Positions 48,891-62,292 are shown, counted from the stretch's first letter. The stretch: DNA of 64,000 nt from Convolutriloba macropyga (GCF_964194025.1 NC_134482.1:13826001-13890000); one strand, 5' to 3'. Program-made: numbers and translations. The notes: generated by a model from the letters alone, not told the origin.

Positions 48891-51548
48891 TTAATTGCTC
48901 TCGAACGATGTTCATAGCAACTATATTAGTCATGTCTTTTTAATGAGACTTTTTGCTTGACCGATTTTTTGTCGACCAATTTGACTTTTTGTCCTCAAAA
49001 ACGGAATAAACAGATAACGCCCGGATGGCACTAAGAGCTCTTAGAGCCTGACGCCTTAAACCAGTCAAAAGTAATTCACCAAAACTGTTTTCAAGACAAA
49101 TTTATGGATAGTGCTATGGGCAGTTCTTATTCTGAAAACTTTGACCCCCTCAGTCAACCACCTTTACGAAGCATGGCACAAGGCATACGAAGCATGGCAC
49201 AAGGCATACGAAGCATGGCACAAGGCATTACGATGCATGGCACAAGGCATAAAATCAGTCTATGCATTACGAAATAGCGTTCCGGAAAGCTTCAAAAAAT
49301 GATTAATTCTCTTTTAGTGACCTGCAATATCCAGCAGTTCTTTTGTGCTCAGTACCTGAGAATCTTATATCAACTCGCAAAAAGCAATTAAACTGGGCTT
49401 TCAATGCTTGCTACAATCGTGGAAAGCTTGATTCATCTCACGCTCTTAAACTGATCAATAACATGTTACCTGTTCGAATGTGAATACAATATAGGGTTGC
49501 ACTATACACTAGACAATTTTTCAATTATAGAAAGCTAGCATTTAAAAATATTTCTGGCATTCCATTGCCAACGGCCAAGTTTTTTTCACAATCGGACGAG
49601 AAAATTGCTAGAACTAAATACCTTGAACCAGGGGTGATCAATAGTGGTGTAAGATATCATAATGTAATTTTGAGGGCGAATGAAACCTTGTCAAGATGTT
49701 CTGCAACTGCCAAAAAATAAAGCTGACTTTTTAGAAAAATTTAAGAAGGAACCATGCCAAATGCAGTTCGGCCAATTAACATGGCTTGAATTTAAATTTA
49801 GTTTATGATGTTTGCTGTTCCTACCGATCTATATTTTAATCTATTTATCTATCTACCTATTCAATTATTCGGTGTTCATAATTCGAAAATGACTTTTTCT
49901 GATTATTTACGTATTACATACACTACCTGCATTATGTATTTTATATATCATTTCAGGAATTAACGTGTTCGTTTTTTAGTCACCCCCTCCCACCCCCCCC
50001 CCCAACAGCGCACCCCCCATGCCAGCATCTCTCCCAAGCTGGGTACTACCAAAGCCAGCCTGTCGTTTGAGAGCAATTCACCCGATGTTAGGTCGTTAGT
50101 CGGTTATGTTCTGATTATTTTGTGTCAAGTTCAAATTTCATTTTACTCAGCCTTTCATTTGCAGTTTTAAGCTGTGTTCACTCTAGCCTTTCTACTTGTA
50201 GCTCCTGATTTTATTTATGCTACCGCTCTGACAACTTCAACTGCATTGACTGAATCTGTTGTGTATGCTTCAAGGCCGCCACTTCCTGAGCATCTTCCTG
50301 ATGAAAGAGCAGTTTTCCTTGCGCTGTCAAATGTCCGAGACCTAGACTGACTAATGCAATCCTTTTAAACAGCAGCTGCTCAGCAAAGCAATTCAAAATG
50401 AAGGGAGTCAGTATAAAAAAGTCAGAAATTGAAACGGGATAAACCCATAAAGCCCATTTTGAGATGCCCGGTACTTGAACTTTGTTCTCATAAGTTTTAG
50501 TTACTATCTGCAATGCTTATTGGTATTGATACTAGACCCTGTAGCCTCTCACTGAGAGACAGGAGTAGGTTCAATTACGAAATGACATCAAAATAAATCG
50601 CACTTAAAAATGTTTTTATTCAGAAATCAATTTTTGTTGATATTTTCTTTTCTTTCAATCCCAATAGAGTTATGGGAACCAACGGCGGCTATTTTCCGGC
50701 AATCTGCCGGGTATGTTTTCTTTTTCTGTTCCAATCCCGATGTGCGTCTAGCGCATCAACGGCGGCAATTTTCCGGAAATCTGCAGGGTATGTTTTCTTT
50801 TTCTGCTCCAATCCCGATGTGCGTCTAGCGCATCAACGGCGGCAATTTTCCGGAAATCTGCCGGCTGTGTTTATATAGTCATCATCAGAATCGCTCTTCT
50901 TCTTTGATTTAGTATTAAAACTAAGAGAACTCCACCTTTTGTAGCGTTTCCACTTTGCTGTCTATCATAGCGAAAGGCAGTATATTTTTGATTGTAGATG
51001 TCCTGAAGTCTGTGGTCCTTTTCACACTTGAGCCAGGTTTTTGTTAGCATTTAAAAATAGCATTTAGAATTGTGGTGCGAGAATAGCAGTTATTTACGTA
51101 TTACATACACTACCTGCATTATGTATTTTATATATCATTTCAGGAATTAACGTGTTCGTTTTTTAGTAACCCCCTCCCACCCCCCCCCCCCCAACAGCGC
51201 ACCCCCCATGCCAGCATCTCTCCCAAGCTGGGTACTACCAAAGCCAGCCTGTCGTTTGAGAGCAATTCACCCGATGTTAGGTCGTTAGTCGGTTATGTTC
51301 TGATTATTTTGTGTCAAGTTCAAATTTCATTTTACTCAGCCTTTCATTTGCAGTTTTAAGCTGTGTTCACTCTAGCCTTTCTACTTGTAGCTCTTGATTT
51401 GATTTATGCTAACGCTCTGACAACTTCAACTGCATTGACTGAATCTGCTGTGTATGCTTCAAGGCCGCCACTTCCTGAGCATCTTTCTGATGAAAGAGCA
51501 GTTTTCCTTGCGCTGTCAAATGTCCGAGTCCTAGACTTGACTAATGCA
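48079..51548 (+). repeat. Recent ~2.3-kb tandem duplication with internal deletion in copy 2
   Basis: 48079-48766 matches 50360-51046 (offset 2281), and 49903-50358 matches 51088-51548. Confidence 0.9.
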
Positions 51549-51629
51549 ATCAGGAGGACTGCATATAATGTGATATTGCAGCATTCTGCCATTAAGTGTT
51601 CCACTAGAAAGCAAAGCGAGGGCCCGCGA
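51391..51629 (+). CDS. Possible STAT-like linker exon (boundaries uncertain)
   Basis: Only one open frame. LSDERAVFLA resembles STAT linker 'LTEENLVFLA'. A phase-0 GT at 51630 fits the next exon; the acceptor phase is not resolved. Confidence 0.35.
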
Positions 51630-51721
51630 GTTGGATGTAAAATCCTATGCATACAATTTAACAATTCACATTTGGCAAATGCTTATAAACACTAGTAATG
51701 TGAAATGTTTGTTTTCTTCAG

Positions 51722-51954
51722 AGGGAGAGGAAGAAAACAGTTGATTGGTTCAAGTGTTGTGGCGCGACGAAGAAATCGATGATCTCGGCACTCTCTAGTT
51801 TTCGCAAAGCATCATTAAACCACAAAATGAATGCTAATGAACTAATTAAAGATAAATACGTTGAAGGAAAGGTGGTTGTCAAAGGCTCAAAGGATGGCAT
51901 TCGAATCTGGAACTGGTTCAGAAATATTTGCGATTCAATTGGACTCGAGAGATC
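51722..51954 (+). CDS. STAT: STAT-like gene exon (linker domain)
   Basis: ttttcttCAG acceptor and GTAAGT donor. TVDWFK...IRIWNWFRNICDSI (cf. ISWSQF / FTFW.WF..I..L). Missed by the ORF track. Confidence 0.85.
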
Positions 51955-52051
51955 GTAAGTTTTTATGCTTTTATGTTAATAGATAGCTGAGAGGCTATCA
52001 TCGGTCACATTTCAAACTTCAATGTCATTTTCAAGAAAAACTATTTGATTA

Positions 52052-53320
52052 TGTGCTCTCAAACAAAGTTTGTAGCACTAATATTAGTCTTGTGGTTTTT
52101 TAATAGCCGCACAGCGATAGCTGGGGCTATTATTGGCCTTCTCTTGGTTTTTTTTACAATTCAAAGAATTTGAATTGTATTGGGGCGCTGTCTTTTTTTT
52201 AAGATCCGTTCACACATTTTCATGATTTTTAAAGTCAAATCGGAGTAGTGATTTTGGTCATGCCGAAACAGGAAGTGGAGCGAAAAAGCGAGTGGTTATG
52301 CGGCGTGAAATTTTTTCGCTCTAAATTTAAAGTAGAGTGAGAGAACGGTCTTTGAACAAAAATTCGCTTTCTCGCTAGTGGTTTTTTGTTCACATGCGGC
52401 AATTTCACTTTGATTTTTACAGTGTTTTCAATTTTTTGTATCGTATTTTTTTGGAAATGGTTTTCCCAATCCATTCATAGTCCGTTCCTGGTCTAGTTTT
52501 CTGTTTAGTCAATGAAAATTCTATGAATTGTGTGTCAGGACTTGTCCTGCTATGTATTTTTATTTAGTCGTCATGATTTTTGTTACGACCATATGACGTC
52601 ACAGCCACTTTTTGTTCATTCGTTCATGCAATTTTAACTGAATTGCATGTGTGACGTCATTTTTCGCTCTTAGTGGAGCGAGTTTTTTTGTTCATGCGCG
52701 TGATTAAATTTTTGGTCACACTTGACTTACCTCACTCTTCCTCACTTTGAAATTGACTTTTATTTACTTTAATTGAAAGAGATAAGGTCAAATGGGTGTG
52801 TGTCTCTCTAAATGAAGGTTTTTTGAGAACAGCTAATAGAGGCAGCAATAACTTATACAGATTTTTAATCAAAATATAACAGATCAGCCTTCAATGAAAA
52901 GACGAATTTTTTTAGTCTGTCTGTTTTACTGTTTTTTAGACTGCCGATCTACGAATCTATTGCGGCTATTTTCTGGCAATCTGCCAGCTATGTTTATGCA
53001 ATTTTTCGCTTGACAATTTTTTCTCTGACACATTTCACTTTTCGTTCTCAAAAACGAGATTAACAGGTAGCGCTCGGAGGGATTAAGTGGCCGACCAACT
53101 CACTTAGGGCCTTTGGCCATACTAGTCTCTGAGTATTTTAATCACCGAAACTGTGAGGAGACATTTTCCGGGTGTAAGGGGGCTGTTCTTAGTCTTAAAA
53201 GTTTGACCCCCTTAGTCACCTCCCCCCCCCCCCCTAATGCTAGCATCCCTAAGCCCCGGCTAGCTTCTAACAAAGTCAATCGTTCTGAGAGAGCAATTCG
53301 CTCGACTTTAGTCGGTAATG
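52052..53320 (+). mobile_element. Family B element containing nested A+C composite (52101-52992)
   Basis: B 5' end (TGCTCTCAAAC...TAGCA.TA) is interrupted at a T-run by TAATAGCCGC...CTATG. B then resumes and ends GAGAGCAATT + hairpin CGACT-TT-AGTCG + GTAATG. Confidence 0.75.
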
Positions 53321-53726
53321 TTTTTAGCTGTGAAGCTGTAAGTTGAGCGTAGTTATGTTGCGATACTCTTGTATTGAGGAGCTGTCTTTTTTACGACTCG
53401 AAGAGGAGTATTGGTTTTTTGCCTTTTGTAACTAGAAGTACTATTTGTTCAGGCGGCGTGTTTACATAAAAGCGAAAGTGAGTAAAATTTCCATGTGAAC
53501 TAATTATCTTAGCGTGAGAAATTTTTTGTTCATACGCTGCGTGTAGTGAATGATTTTCCTACTGAAATTCTTATTACAACTATTTCTTGAATCAAACTCC
53601 TCTGTTTAATAACCACCTTAAGCCTCTCAAGGGCTCATTTTTAGGCACTCTCCTTTTTAATAGCCTCGTCAGCGATTCCAGCCTGCTATTATTGCGGTCT
53701 AATATAAAAGCGGTTGATTCACAAAA

Positions 53727-53803
53727 GCGTTGTAGCTTAGTGGTTAGGGTCTGACTGCGATCCTTGAGGTTGCGAGTTCGAACCCGCAGGAGGTCCCAGT
53801 TTT
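53727..53803 (+). ncRNA. tRNA-derived Pol III cassette inside a family B element end
   Basis: A box TAGCTTAGTGG, B box GAGTTCGAACCC, TATAAAA about 24 nt upstream, TTTT downstream. The acceptor stem does not pair, so it is not a functional tRNA. Confidence 0.7.
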
Positions 53804-56800
53804 GCGCCCATAAAAAGATTTCTAAGCTACAACCCTAAATTAAATCCCCCCGACTGTCGTTCGAGAGCAGTTCATCCGAGGGTAGTCGGTTTATGTTTAA
53901 TAGCCGCGTCAGCAATTCCAGGCGGCTATTATTGCGCTCCTACTTTTTTAAATTCAAAGAATTTGAATTGTGTTGGGGCGCTGTCCTTTTTTAAGATCTG
54001 TTCACACATTTTTATGATTTTTGAAGACAAATTGGAGGAGTAATTTTGTTCACGCCGAAACAGGAAGTGGAGCGAGTGGTTTTGCGGCCTTAATTTTTTT
54101 TGCTCTAAATTCAAAGTAGAGTGAGAAAACCGTGTTTGAACAAAAATTTGCTTTCTCGCTAGTGGTTTTTTGCTCTCATGCGGCAATTTCACTTTGATTT
54201 TTACTGTTTTTTCAAGTTTTTGGATCGGATTTTTTGCTAAATGGTTTCCTAGGTTTCCTAATCCATTCATAGTCCATTCTAGCTCTAGTTTTCTGCTTAG
54301 TCAATGAAAATTCTTTGAATTGTACGTCAGGACTTGTCCTGCTATGTTTTTAACTTCGTCTAGCAGATTTTTGTTTTATCTTACCCTGACTTCTTGAAGT
54401 TGACTTAACTCACTCAAAAATGACTTCTGAACTCACTTAATGAACTTTAAGTTTTATGAACATTTACTAGTTTAAGATCAATAGTGTGCATCTAAGTAGT
54501 GCCAAACTTATATGCCCTAATTCTTGAGTGTGAGTCTTGAGTTTTTGATTTCAAAAATCAATTTTGAAGAAGTTCTTAGGGCTGTTTCCTTATAGACCGT
54601 ATGCGTATCATAAAAATGAGAGTACGTATCTAACCCAAAAAGTGTAGCGGTCTACTAAAGTACTTTTGGTCAGTCTGCCTATCTTGTTTCTTTAGTTGTT
54701 CCAATTCATGGAGGCCACAAGCGTCTATCGCGGCTACTTTCCGGCATTCTGCCGGCTATGTTTAAAATTCGAAGGATTTAGATTGTATCGATACAATTTT
54801 TTTTAAGATCTCTTCACTTTTTTCAACTTTATGATGTCATTGAGAAGTCAAATTATAGCGTCGTTTTCAGTGACGCCGGAGTACTATAGGCAGAGAAAAG
54901 GGAGTAGTTTTCAAGCGTATTTTTTACGGTGCTTTTAAAGAAATGTAAAACTAGTGCTCTAATAGTTTTCGGTTTTTGAAAGCGAATTTTTTAACGTGCT
55001 GCAATATGACTTAGTATCCCTCGATGTTTTTTAAGGGTTTCAAAAGGTGTTACACGTGTTCTAATATTTTTAACTTGTTTTTTGGAGTCATCAAAGCCTA
55101 ATTAGTGGTTTATATGACTCAGTCACTGTTTGTTTGAATGGAATATCAGATTTTTTGAGTTTTGCCCCGTTTCAAAGTTCTTCGTGTTTCTAAGTCTCAG
55201 TGATGGTTAATCGTTTTGGCCCACTATTGGGGCTCAAAAAAGATATATGATAATTTAGCTTGACATCCAAAGGTTTTGCATTGCTCTCGAAATGTGTTGA
55301 AGCAATTATTGTAAACGTGTAAGTTTTTGCTTGACGTTTTCTAGAACATTCTTTCGATTTCACTGCTCGATTGAGTTTTTCACGTTTGAGTTTCTAATTT
55401 TTCTGAGCCTCATCAATTGTGATAGGAAATTTAGTGTAATAATAATAGTTTTCAGAAATTAATAGTTTTCACAAATAGTTTTCAGAAATTAAGTGTAATA
55501 AAATAAAACGATTTCAGGAAATGACGGTACATAGACCATGGAGCATAGAGGTTAATGTTTGCGCCTCTTATCCTGGAGGTCGCAGGTTCAAACCCTTACC
55601 TAGTCAAAAGTTTTTTATCAAAGTTTTCTCTACCCTATACCCATCTTCTAAATTGTTTGCCTAGCCTGTTGTCCGAGAGCTTTTCGGCCGATGTTAGTCA
55701 ATTTATGTTCAATATTTCGTCACAAATTGTTTTCAAAAAATATCATCGTTCTTTTGCATTTCTTTTGTTGTTTTTATCAATTAGCCTCGTTACTGACACT
55801 TCTTATTGTTTGCTAACAAGGTATGAATGGATCTATTTAATGGTTTGAGTTCATGTTTTGCGTATTTAATTCGTCGTCTTCATCGATGATTCTTGCTACC
55901 ATTGACTTTTTCAATTTCAGTGACTTATGTTTTGCAGTTAAATTTGTGTGCGTGACGTTATTTGTTCTGCTTTTAGGTCAATTGCGTGACTTACCTCACT
56001 CAAAACATTATTTCTGAACTCACTTAATGAACTTTAAGTTTTAATGAACATTTACTAGTTTAAGATCCATAATGCGCATCCAAGTAGTGTCAGACGTATA
56101 TGCCCTAATTCCTGGGTATTAGAGTCTAAAGTCTGGTGGTCTATCAAAGGACTGGTGGCCAATCTGTCTGTCTTATTTCCTCAGTTGTTTCAATTCCATG
56201 GAAGGTCACAAACGTCTATCGTGGCTTTTTCCCGGCACTCTTAATTAGTGTTTTTCATGACTTCGAATTTATTTGTTTTGAAAAACTATTAGCAATTTTT
56301 TGGCGTTTTGTATTGTTGTCTTAACATTCAATCTTGACTTAGATAGCATTTGTTTTCTTGGTAAAATTTTGAATCTTGTCTACGTTTGCTTTTTTTCTCA
56401 CCTTTTAACCTAACTGAGATGCTAATAATATTTTTCTAATTCTAAAATTATTACTTATTATTAGATCTGCTCACAAATTTTTGTTTATAGTTTTTGCGTT
56501 TATCGTTCTGTGACGCCACTACTCGTCAAATTGTTCATTCTCGTTTTTGCCAATTTTCTGTTTTGCCTGACAATTTTTTTCTAGAACATTCTTTTGTCCG
56601 CTTGACCTTTAGATTTTGTTGAGGGATTTGAATTGCTGGCATTCAGAAATTAATTTTGTTGCTGAAATAAAACCAACTGTATGCGACGATCGTACATAAT
56701 CGGTGTAGCGTACTTAGTAATGTCAAAGAATCTCATCTGAGAGATCGAGGGTTCCAACCCATCGCTAGTCAGAAGTTTTGCACCATAAAATTTTTTAAGC

Positions 56801-57536
56801 CTATAGTTAAATTGTTTGCCTCTCCAGTAGTTTGAGATTCTTGTCCGACGTTAATTGGTTCAGGATCTCTTTTTCTGTTTCAGTCCCGATGTGCATCAAG
56901 CGGGTCAAAACTGGCTATTTCCTGGCAGTTTGTCGGCTCTATTTTTGACGTCCCTATTCTATGGACACAGATAAATGTTTTCCGGTTTTTGTTAATTTTC
57001 TTTAGGCAAGAATCTTTTATCTCAGCGCAACGTCTCTGCTCAAAAACTTCCTATCAGCACTTGCTTAATTGGAATCTATGTCGATAAACGAAATCAGAAG
57101 TGGAAACGGAATAATCCCATAAAGCCTACTTTTAGATGTCCGTTACTTTTTTTTACCTAGCCTTTGTTTCCAGTTCTAATGCTTATTGATATTGATGTTA
57201 ATCCTTCTATACACTAATATAAAAACAGACGTAAACCTTACTACCAAAATAAATGAAGCTGATTTGATATTCGTACTTTTGATATTCTGGTGGAAGAGAA
57301 CAGTCAATCTCATTTTCTTAGTCCAATGCCAATTGGGATTACCGAATTCAATCGCAGATATTTTCCGGCAGCCTGATGGGTATGTTTAAATTTGAGCCGC
57401 CTGTGTCCAAAATTTTCATGAAGTTGTCTGCTAAGCTTTACGGTTCAAGAATTTAAACGGATCTTGATCTAGAGTGTTGTTTTTATACTTATGACTATAA
57501 AATACAAAACTGACTATAATATTTTATTTATTATAG

Positions 57537-57660
57537 TGGAAGTGAGAGCACCAGGGATACAGTTGTGTCTAAAGAGAACTTCGGTCAGTTGATTTACGAC
57601 GGATTTCACTTTGGCATTTATTCCAAAGAAGAATCCGAAGCTGCCCTGGCATCCTTTCCA
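57537..57660 (+). CDS. STAT: STAT-like gene exon (linker end / SH2 start)
   Basis: Phase 2 in and phase 0 out fit both neighbours. LIYDGFHFGIYSKEESEAALASFP (cf. LWNDG.I.GFISKE..R.LL). Confidence 0.88.
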
Positions 57661-59711
57661 GTTGGTATTTTTCATCGTATTACTGATTATTTGAAGAATT
57701 TTTAATAGCCGCGGTCATCCTCTCAGCGGCTGTTTTTTAGGCGCTCTCTTTTTACAATCCAAAGAATTTGGATTGTATTGGCGCGCTGTCTTTTTTTAAA
57801 ATGCCGCACTTTTTCTGATGACTTTTTAGCTTTCGAAACGGGATAAACTTATAACTCGGCGGGCATTAAGTTGCAATTGAGGCCCTAAGTGGACTGTAGT
57901 AGTCTTTCAAGTGTTTAAAGTGCTGAAGTTGCTAGCAGCGTCTAAGTTCAAGGTGAAAAGTCCCTTTCTGAAGTTTGTCCTGTTCTTCATGCTTTTTTGA
58001 AATTGTCCTGTTTTTCATGCCTTTTTGTCTGTTTTTTTTTAGTTTTTTTCCTAAACGAGTGTTGAATTGACATTGGTTAAAGCTCCTAGTAGTCTTCCCC
58101 CAGCTAGAAATATTTTTCAGCATTTTTTGGTAATCCAAACTTAATTACAATAATTTGTTGAGATTTTTGCAATTTTTTTAAGTTTTTCAGAATTTTTTGG
58201 CATTTTTCATGTTTTTCTATCATAAGGGGTCAAAGAGTCTATTTTACGAGCTTGAAAGTGGGTTAATTAGTAGTCTTATGTGACAACAAATTTAATTTGA
58301 TGATTTTAATGTAGGAGGAATTTTAGCAAGTTTTTGCTTAAAGTTGCTATTTTTTTCATGTTTTTTGAACGTTTTTGTCAGTTTTGGAGTTTTTAATTGC
58401 TCTCAAACAAAGTTTGTAGCAATTACAATTAGTCCTATTGGCCTTCTTAAATGCGATTTTGTGTCCGACCCTTTTGACTTTTCGTCCTCAAAAACATGAT
58501 AAACAGGTAGCGCCCAGCGGTCATTAATTGCTCTTAGAGCCCTTCAGCTCTCTAGTCTCCAAGTAGGCTATTCACAGAAACAGTTTTGGAGACTTACTTG
58601 TGGTGCGAAGCGCGGTTCTTAAAGGTTGAAACCCTTCCTCACTTGCCCTATAATTTATTTATTATTTTGATTTTTCCAAGGATGAATTGGTCTTGATGAC
58701 CGACATGTGAATTTTTTGTTAGTAAGAAAAGGCAAATTTGCAATCATATAGTTTTTAAAGATTTTTTGTCATTTTTAATGTTCGTGAACTCAAGTCGTCA
58801 ATAAAGATTTTTGACGTTGTTGCTAGTTTCATGCGCAGAAGAAAAGAATTACCACTTTGGTTTTGAAGAAGGTGACATCAGAAATTCGAAGCGAAGCTGC
58901 AGCACTTCTGATAAAGAACGGTATTTAACATATTTGTTCTTGAATTGTTTCCATTTTGAATGACGTTGTTTCTTCTAAATTTGTGAAACAGTTTTTCCCT
59001 CTGATTCGAAATAATCATTTGGTTTACTGGTCGGTTGGTTGACTGCTTAGTCTTTCATTTAATTCTTTAGATTGTTTTTCAGACTTGTCATGCTATGTTT
59101 TGTAATTCGCTTTACCTTTTGATCACGTTTTTCGTTTTACATAAGTCATGATTTTCACGCTCGACTTATGACATACTTCACTCGAATTCGAACTGCATTG
59201 ATTTTAATTTCTTGCATGCATTGAATTACGCAATATTGTGAATACGGCCAAAGTAAAAAGAGCAGGATCAAAAGAAACAAGATAAGAATATAAAGCCTGG
59301 TCATTAAGTCATAGAGCATTAGATTATTAAAGTTCATTAAAGCGATTGCTAGCTGGCATTATGCTCAATCGCTCAAACCGAATATGCAGAATTTGCACAC
59401 CGAAAAAAATGACACTTAGAAAAAAAACTGTGAGTTTCTATCTCTTTTTTTCTTTTTCAATCCCGATGTGTGTCAAGCGGGTCAACAGCGGCTATTTTTC
59501 GGCAATTTGTCGGCTATATTTTTTTTATAATTTGACCCACATATTTCCTGATTCATTATCGTACATTATCCCCCAGTACGGCAAATAATATACACCTACT
59601 TAGTTGAGAGGGGTACAAACGTTTTAACAGTATTAAAGGGATAGTTAACCAATCGAAACGACCAGCAAATGGGCATATTGTTAAAAAAAGTTACGTTTCT
59701 TTTTGTTTCAG

Positions 59712-59877
59712 CCTGGAACAGCCTTGATTCGGTTCAGCACATCTCGGCTCGGCTGTGTGAATATTGTGAGTGTTGGGGAAGGCACAAAATTCCACCATTA
59801 TTCTTTTGGAGTGGAGAATAAGAAAAGTGTCTTGATTAGAATCCTCAAAGAACTCCTGCATAATCACTGTTATAGAG
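59712..59877 (+). CDS. STAT: STAT-like gene exon (SH2 core)
   Basis: PGTALIRFSTSRLGCVNI equals STAT SH2 'PGTFLLRFS.S.LGGITI'. tttCAG acceptor; G|GT donor in phase with 60810. Confidence 0.9.
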
Positions 59878-60809
59878 GTACCAGTTCAGCTAACCGTACC
59901 TTTACGTAACACTTAGGTCATTTTTGGGTTTTCGTTACTTCGCTGAGTAGTGAGACTATATTTTCAGAGCTGCGAAGCTGTAAGCTAAGCGGAAATATAT
60001 TGGGGTGTCCCTGGTTTTTTTAACTACCCGAAGAGGAGTATTCGTTTTCCTGAGGTTTTTTAAAACCGAAAGTACTCTTGTTCTATTGGAGTTTTGATCT
60101 AAACGCGATAGTAAAATGATTTTGTGAACTGATTTTCTTCTGAGCGCGAAAATTTTTTGATCATGTGCCGCGCTAAGTGAATTACTTTCCAACCTTGAAA
60201 AGTGTTTTTTAAAGAACGGCTGCACATTGATAACCGTTTTCTTCCATTTGGCTCAATTTTCTTGCTTATTAAGAGCTGCCCTTAGTTTTTCAGAGACTCT
60301 TTTGTGCTCCAATTTTTAAAATGCAAAGTATTTAGATTGTATCGATGTGCTGCCTTTTTATTTAGATCTGTTCACACTTTTTGCGGCTTCTGTACGTCAT
60401 TGAGAAGTCAAGTTAGAGTGATGATTTTAATCACGCTGGAGTACCAAAGGGAGTGAAAATTAGAGTTAGTTTGAGGCGTGAATTTTTATTCAAAGTACAT
60501 TTAAAGTTGATTGAGAAATCGGTGTATAAACAAATTTTCGATTTTTAAAAAGAAAATTTTTTCTCACGTGCGGTAATTTGACTTATTTGTTCAGTTTTTC
60601 TGTTCTTGAGTACTGTTAAAATGATAGCACGTGTTTCTAATTTTGCCTATTCAATTGCTTGAATTAATCAGCGGGCACTTAATGCATTTTTATGACTTTG
60701 ACACTATTTGTTGTCGTAATATATTGGTCAATATTTGACTTTTGCCCATTTTCTATAAATTAGAGGTCGTTTAAGAGCAATTCGTCCGACGCTAATGTTT
60801 GCATTTCAG

Positions 60810-61453
60810 TGTTGAGGAGAGTTAGAGATTCATACCCGGAAGTTGTTGAAGTAGAACAGTTGAAAGAGTACTGTGATGTGAAGTCGGAAAGCGAGTATAG
60901 CAGTGGTGACTATCAGGACGGATTCACTGGCATGAGTGAATTGACTGCCCGACTTGGTCGTATGAGCATGAGTGAAAGAACAATAAATTCACCCTCCAGT
61001 ATGTCTTGCACCAGTAGCGTACTCTCTGTTAACCCAAACGATGCTTGCGGTACTGCAGGTCCAGTAAATCATTCTGTAAACCATCTAATTGGGACCATGG
61101 GTAAGGAAATGCCCGTTTTCGACTCTTTCGATGTTGATGACGTTCTTGCCAACGCTGACATTCCACAAACAGGAGCACCAATCAATTTTGGAGGGAATAA
61201 TCCTCAGTTTGATGACTTGTCGAATGCAGCTTTTTCTGGAAATCAGGGTTATGTATTTGCCCAAGGTGAAGAAAATATGCCATTTTTACACGAAGGGAGC
61301 GTTCCTTCCATCAGTACCATCTTGAGTCCGAGCAGTGACAACAGTTCCTTGTCGCCACAAGGATCCAATACTTATGATGGTTCGCCCTCGAGCAATGAAG
61401 GTCAATACCAAAGTGCGAACCCACCATACAAAGTTCACCCCTCCCATTTTTAA
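60810..61453 (+). CDS. STAT: STAT-like gene last coding exon (SH2 end, candidate phospho-Tyr, Ser/Pro-rich transactivation tail)
   Basis: tttCAG acceptor; LKEYC...SGDYQ, then a long S/P/N-rich low-complexity tail with SP sites; stop TAA. Confidence 0.85.
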
Positions 61454-61915
61454 ATTTCTCAGCAACAGGAAAAATTTCCACGGGTGTTCATGGGTAAATT
61501 TCTGGAAATCTGAGATGTTAGGAATCAATTATAGCGTAATCTGCCGGTGACTCAATCTGCCACTTTGCATTCTAACAGCAACTCTGTTGCTGTTGTAATA
61601 TTAAGCCAAAACTGATTGAAAACACAAAAACTTCACTTAATTCTGTGCTTCTTTAAGTTCGTGCTTGTAATTTCTTCTATCCTGCTTTAAATGTAGAACC
61701 GTTGAGGTTAAACTTTGCAATTTTAGTACTTGATTGTTTGCTCTAACAATGTCCTCTGTCATCTATCTACCAATGAAAGGTTTTAATCAACTCTTGTTGC
61801 GATAAAAAATAGTTGCTTAAGTGAGCAATTAGGGGTGAATATTACCACATGAATTTTATCGACTTCTCCGAAGTTGAACAGCAATGAATTATCAGCTGTG
61901 CTGTTGTTTTGTTGT

Positions 61916-62292
61916 TAATTGCTCTCGAACAAAGTTTGAAGCAATTATTGTAATCGTGAGTCTTTTTCATGTGAAGTTTTTACTCGAAGCTTTAGAGCTT
62001 ATGTTATAGAAAATTCTTTTACTTCTCGGGTGACTTTTTCACGCTTCTTTTCTTCATTTTGAGTGATTGCAGTTGCTCGCATTCTTGAAATGAAGTTTGT
62101 TGCTAATATAAAAGCGGTTGACTCACAAAGGCGTTGTAGCTTAGAGGATAGGGTCTGACTGCTATCCTTGAGGTTGCGAGTTCGAACCCACAGGAGGTCC
62201 CAGTTTTTGCACCCATAATAAATTTCTAGGCTACACCCCTAAATTAAATTGCCCCCCGTTCGAGAGCAGTTCATCCGAGGGTAGTCGGTTTG
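61916..62292 (+). mobile_element. Family B element with tRNA-derived cassette (62130-62208)
   Basis: TAATTGCTCTCGAAC ... A/B boxes ... GTTCGAGAGCAGTT + CCGA/TCGG hairpin. More degenerate versions at ~55280-55708 and ~56560-56860. Confidence 0.75.

Noticed and set aside
49165-49250. 21-bp repeat x4 (tacgaagcatggcacaaggca) as a CRISPR-like array
   Set aside because: Head-to-tail minisatellite with no unique spacers, in a eukaryotic context with no cas genes.
53727-53800. Functional tRNA gene
   Set aside because: A/B boxes are present but acceptor and anticodon stems do not pair, and it is embedded in a dispersed repeat.
57824-57852. CTGATGA...CGAAAC hammerhead-like string
   Set aside because: No stem II or stem I pairing.
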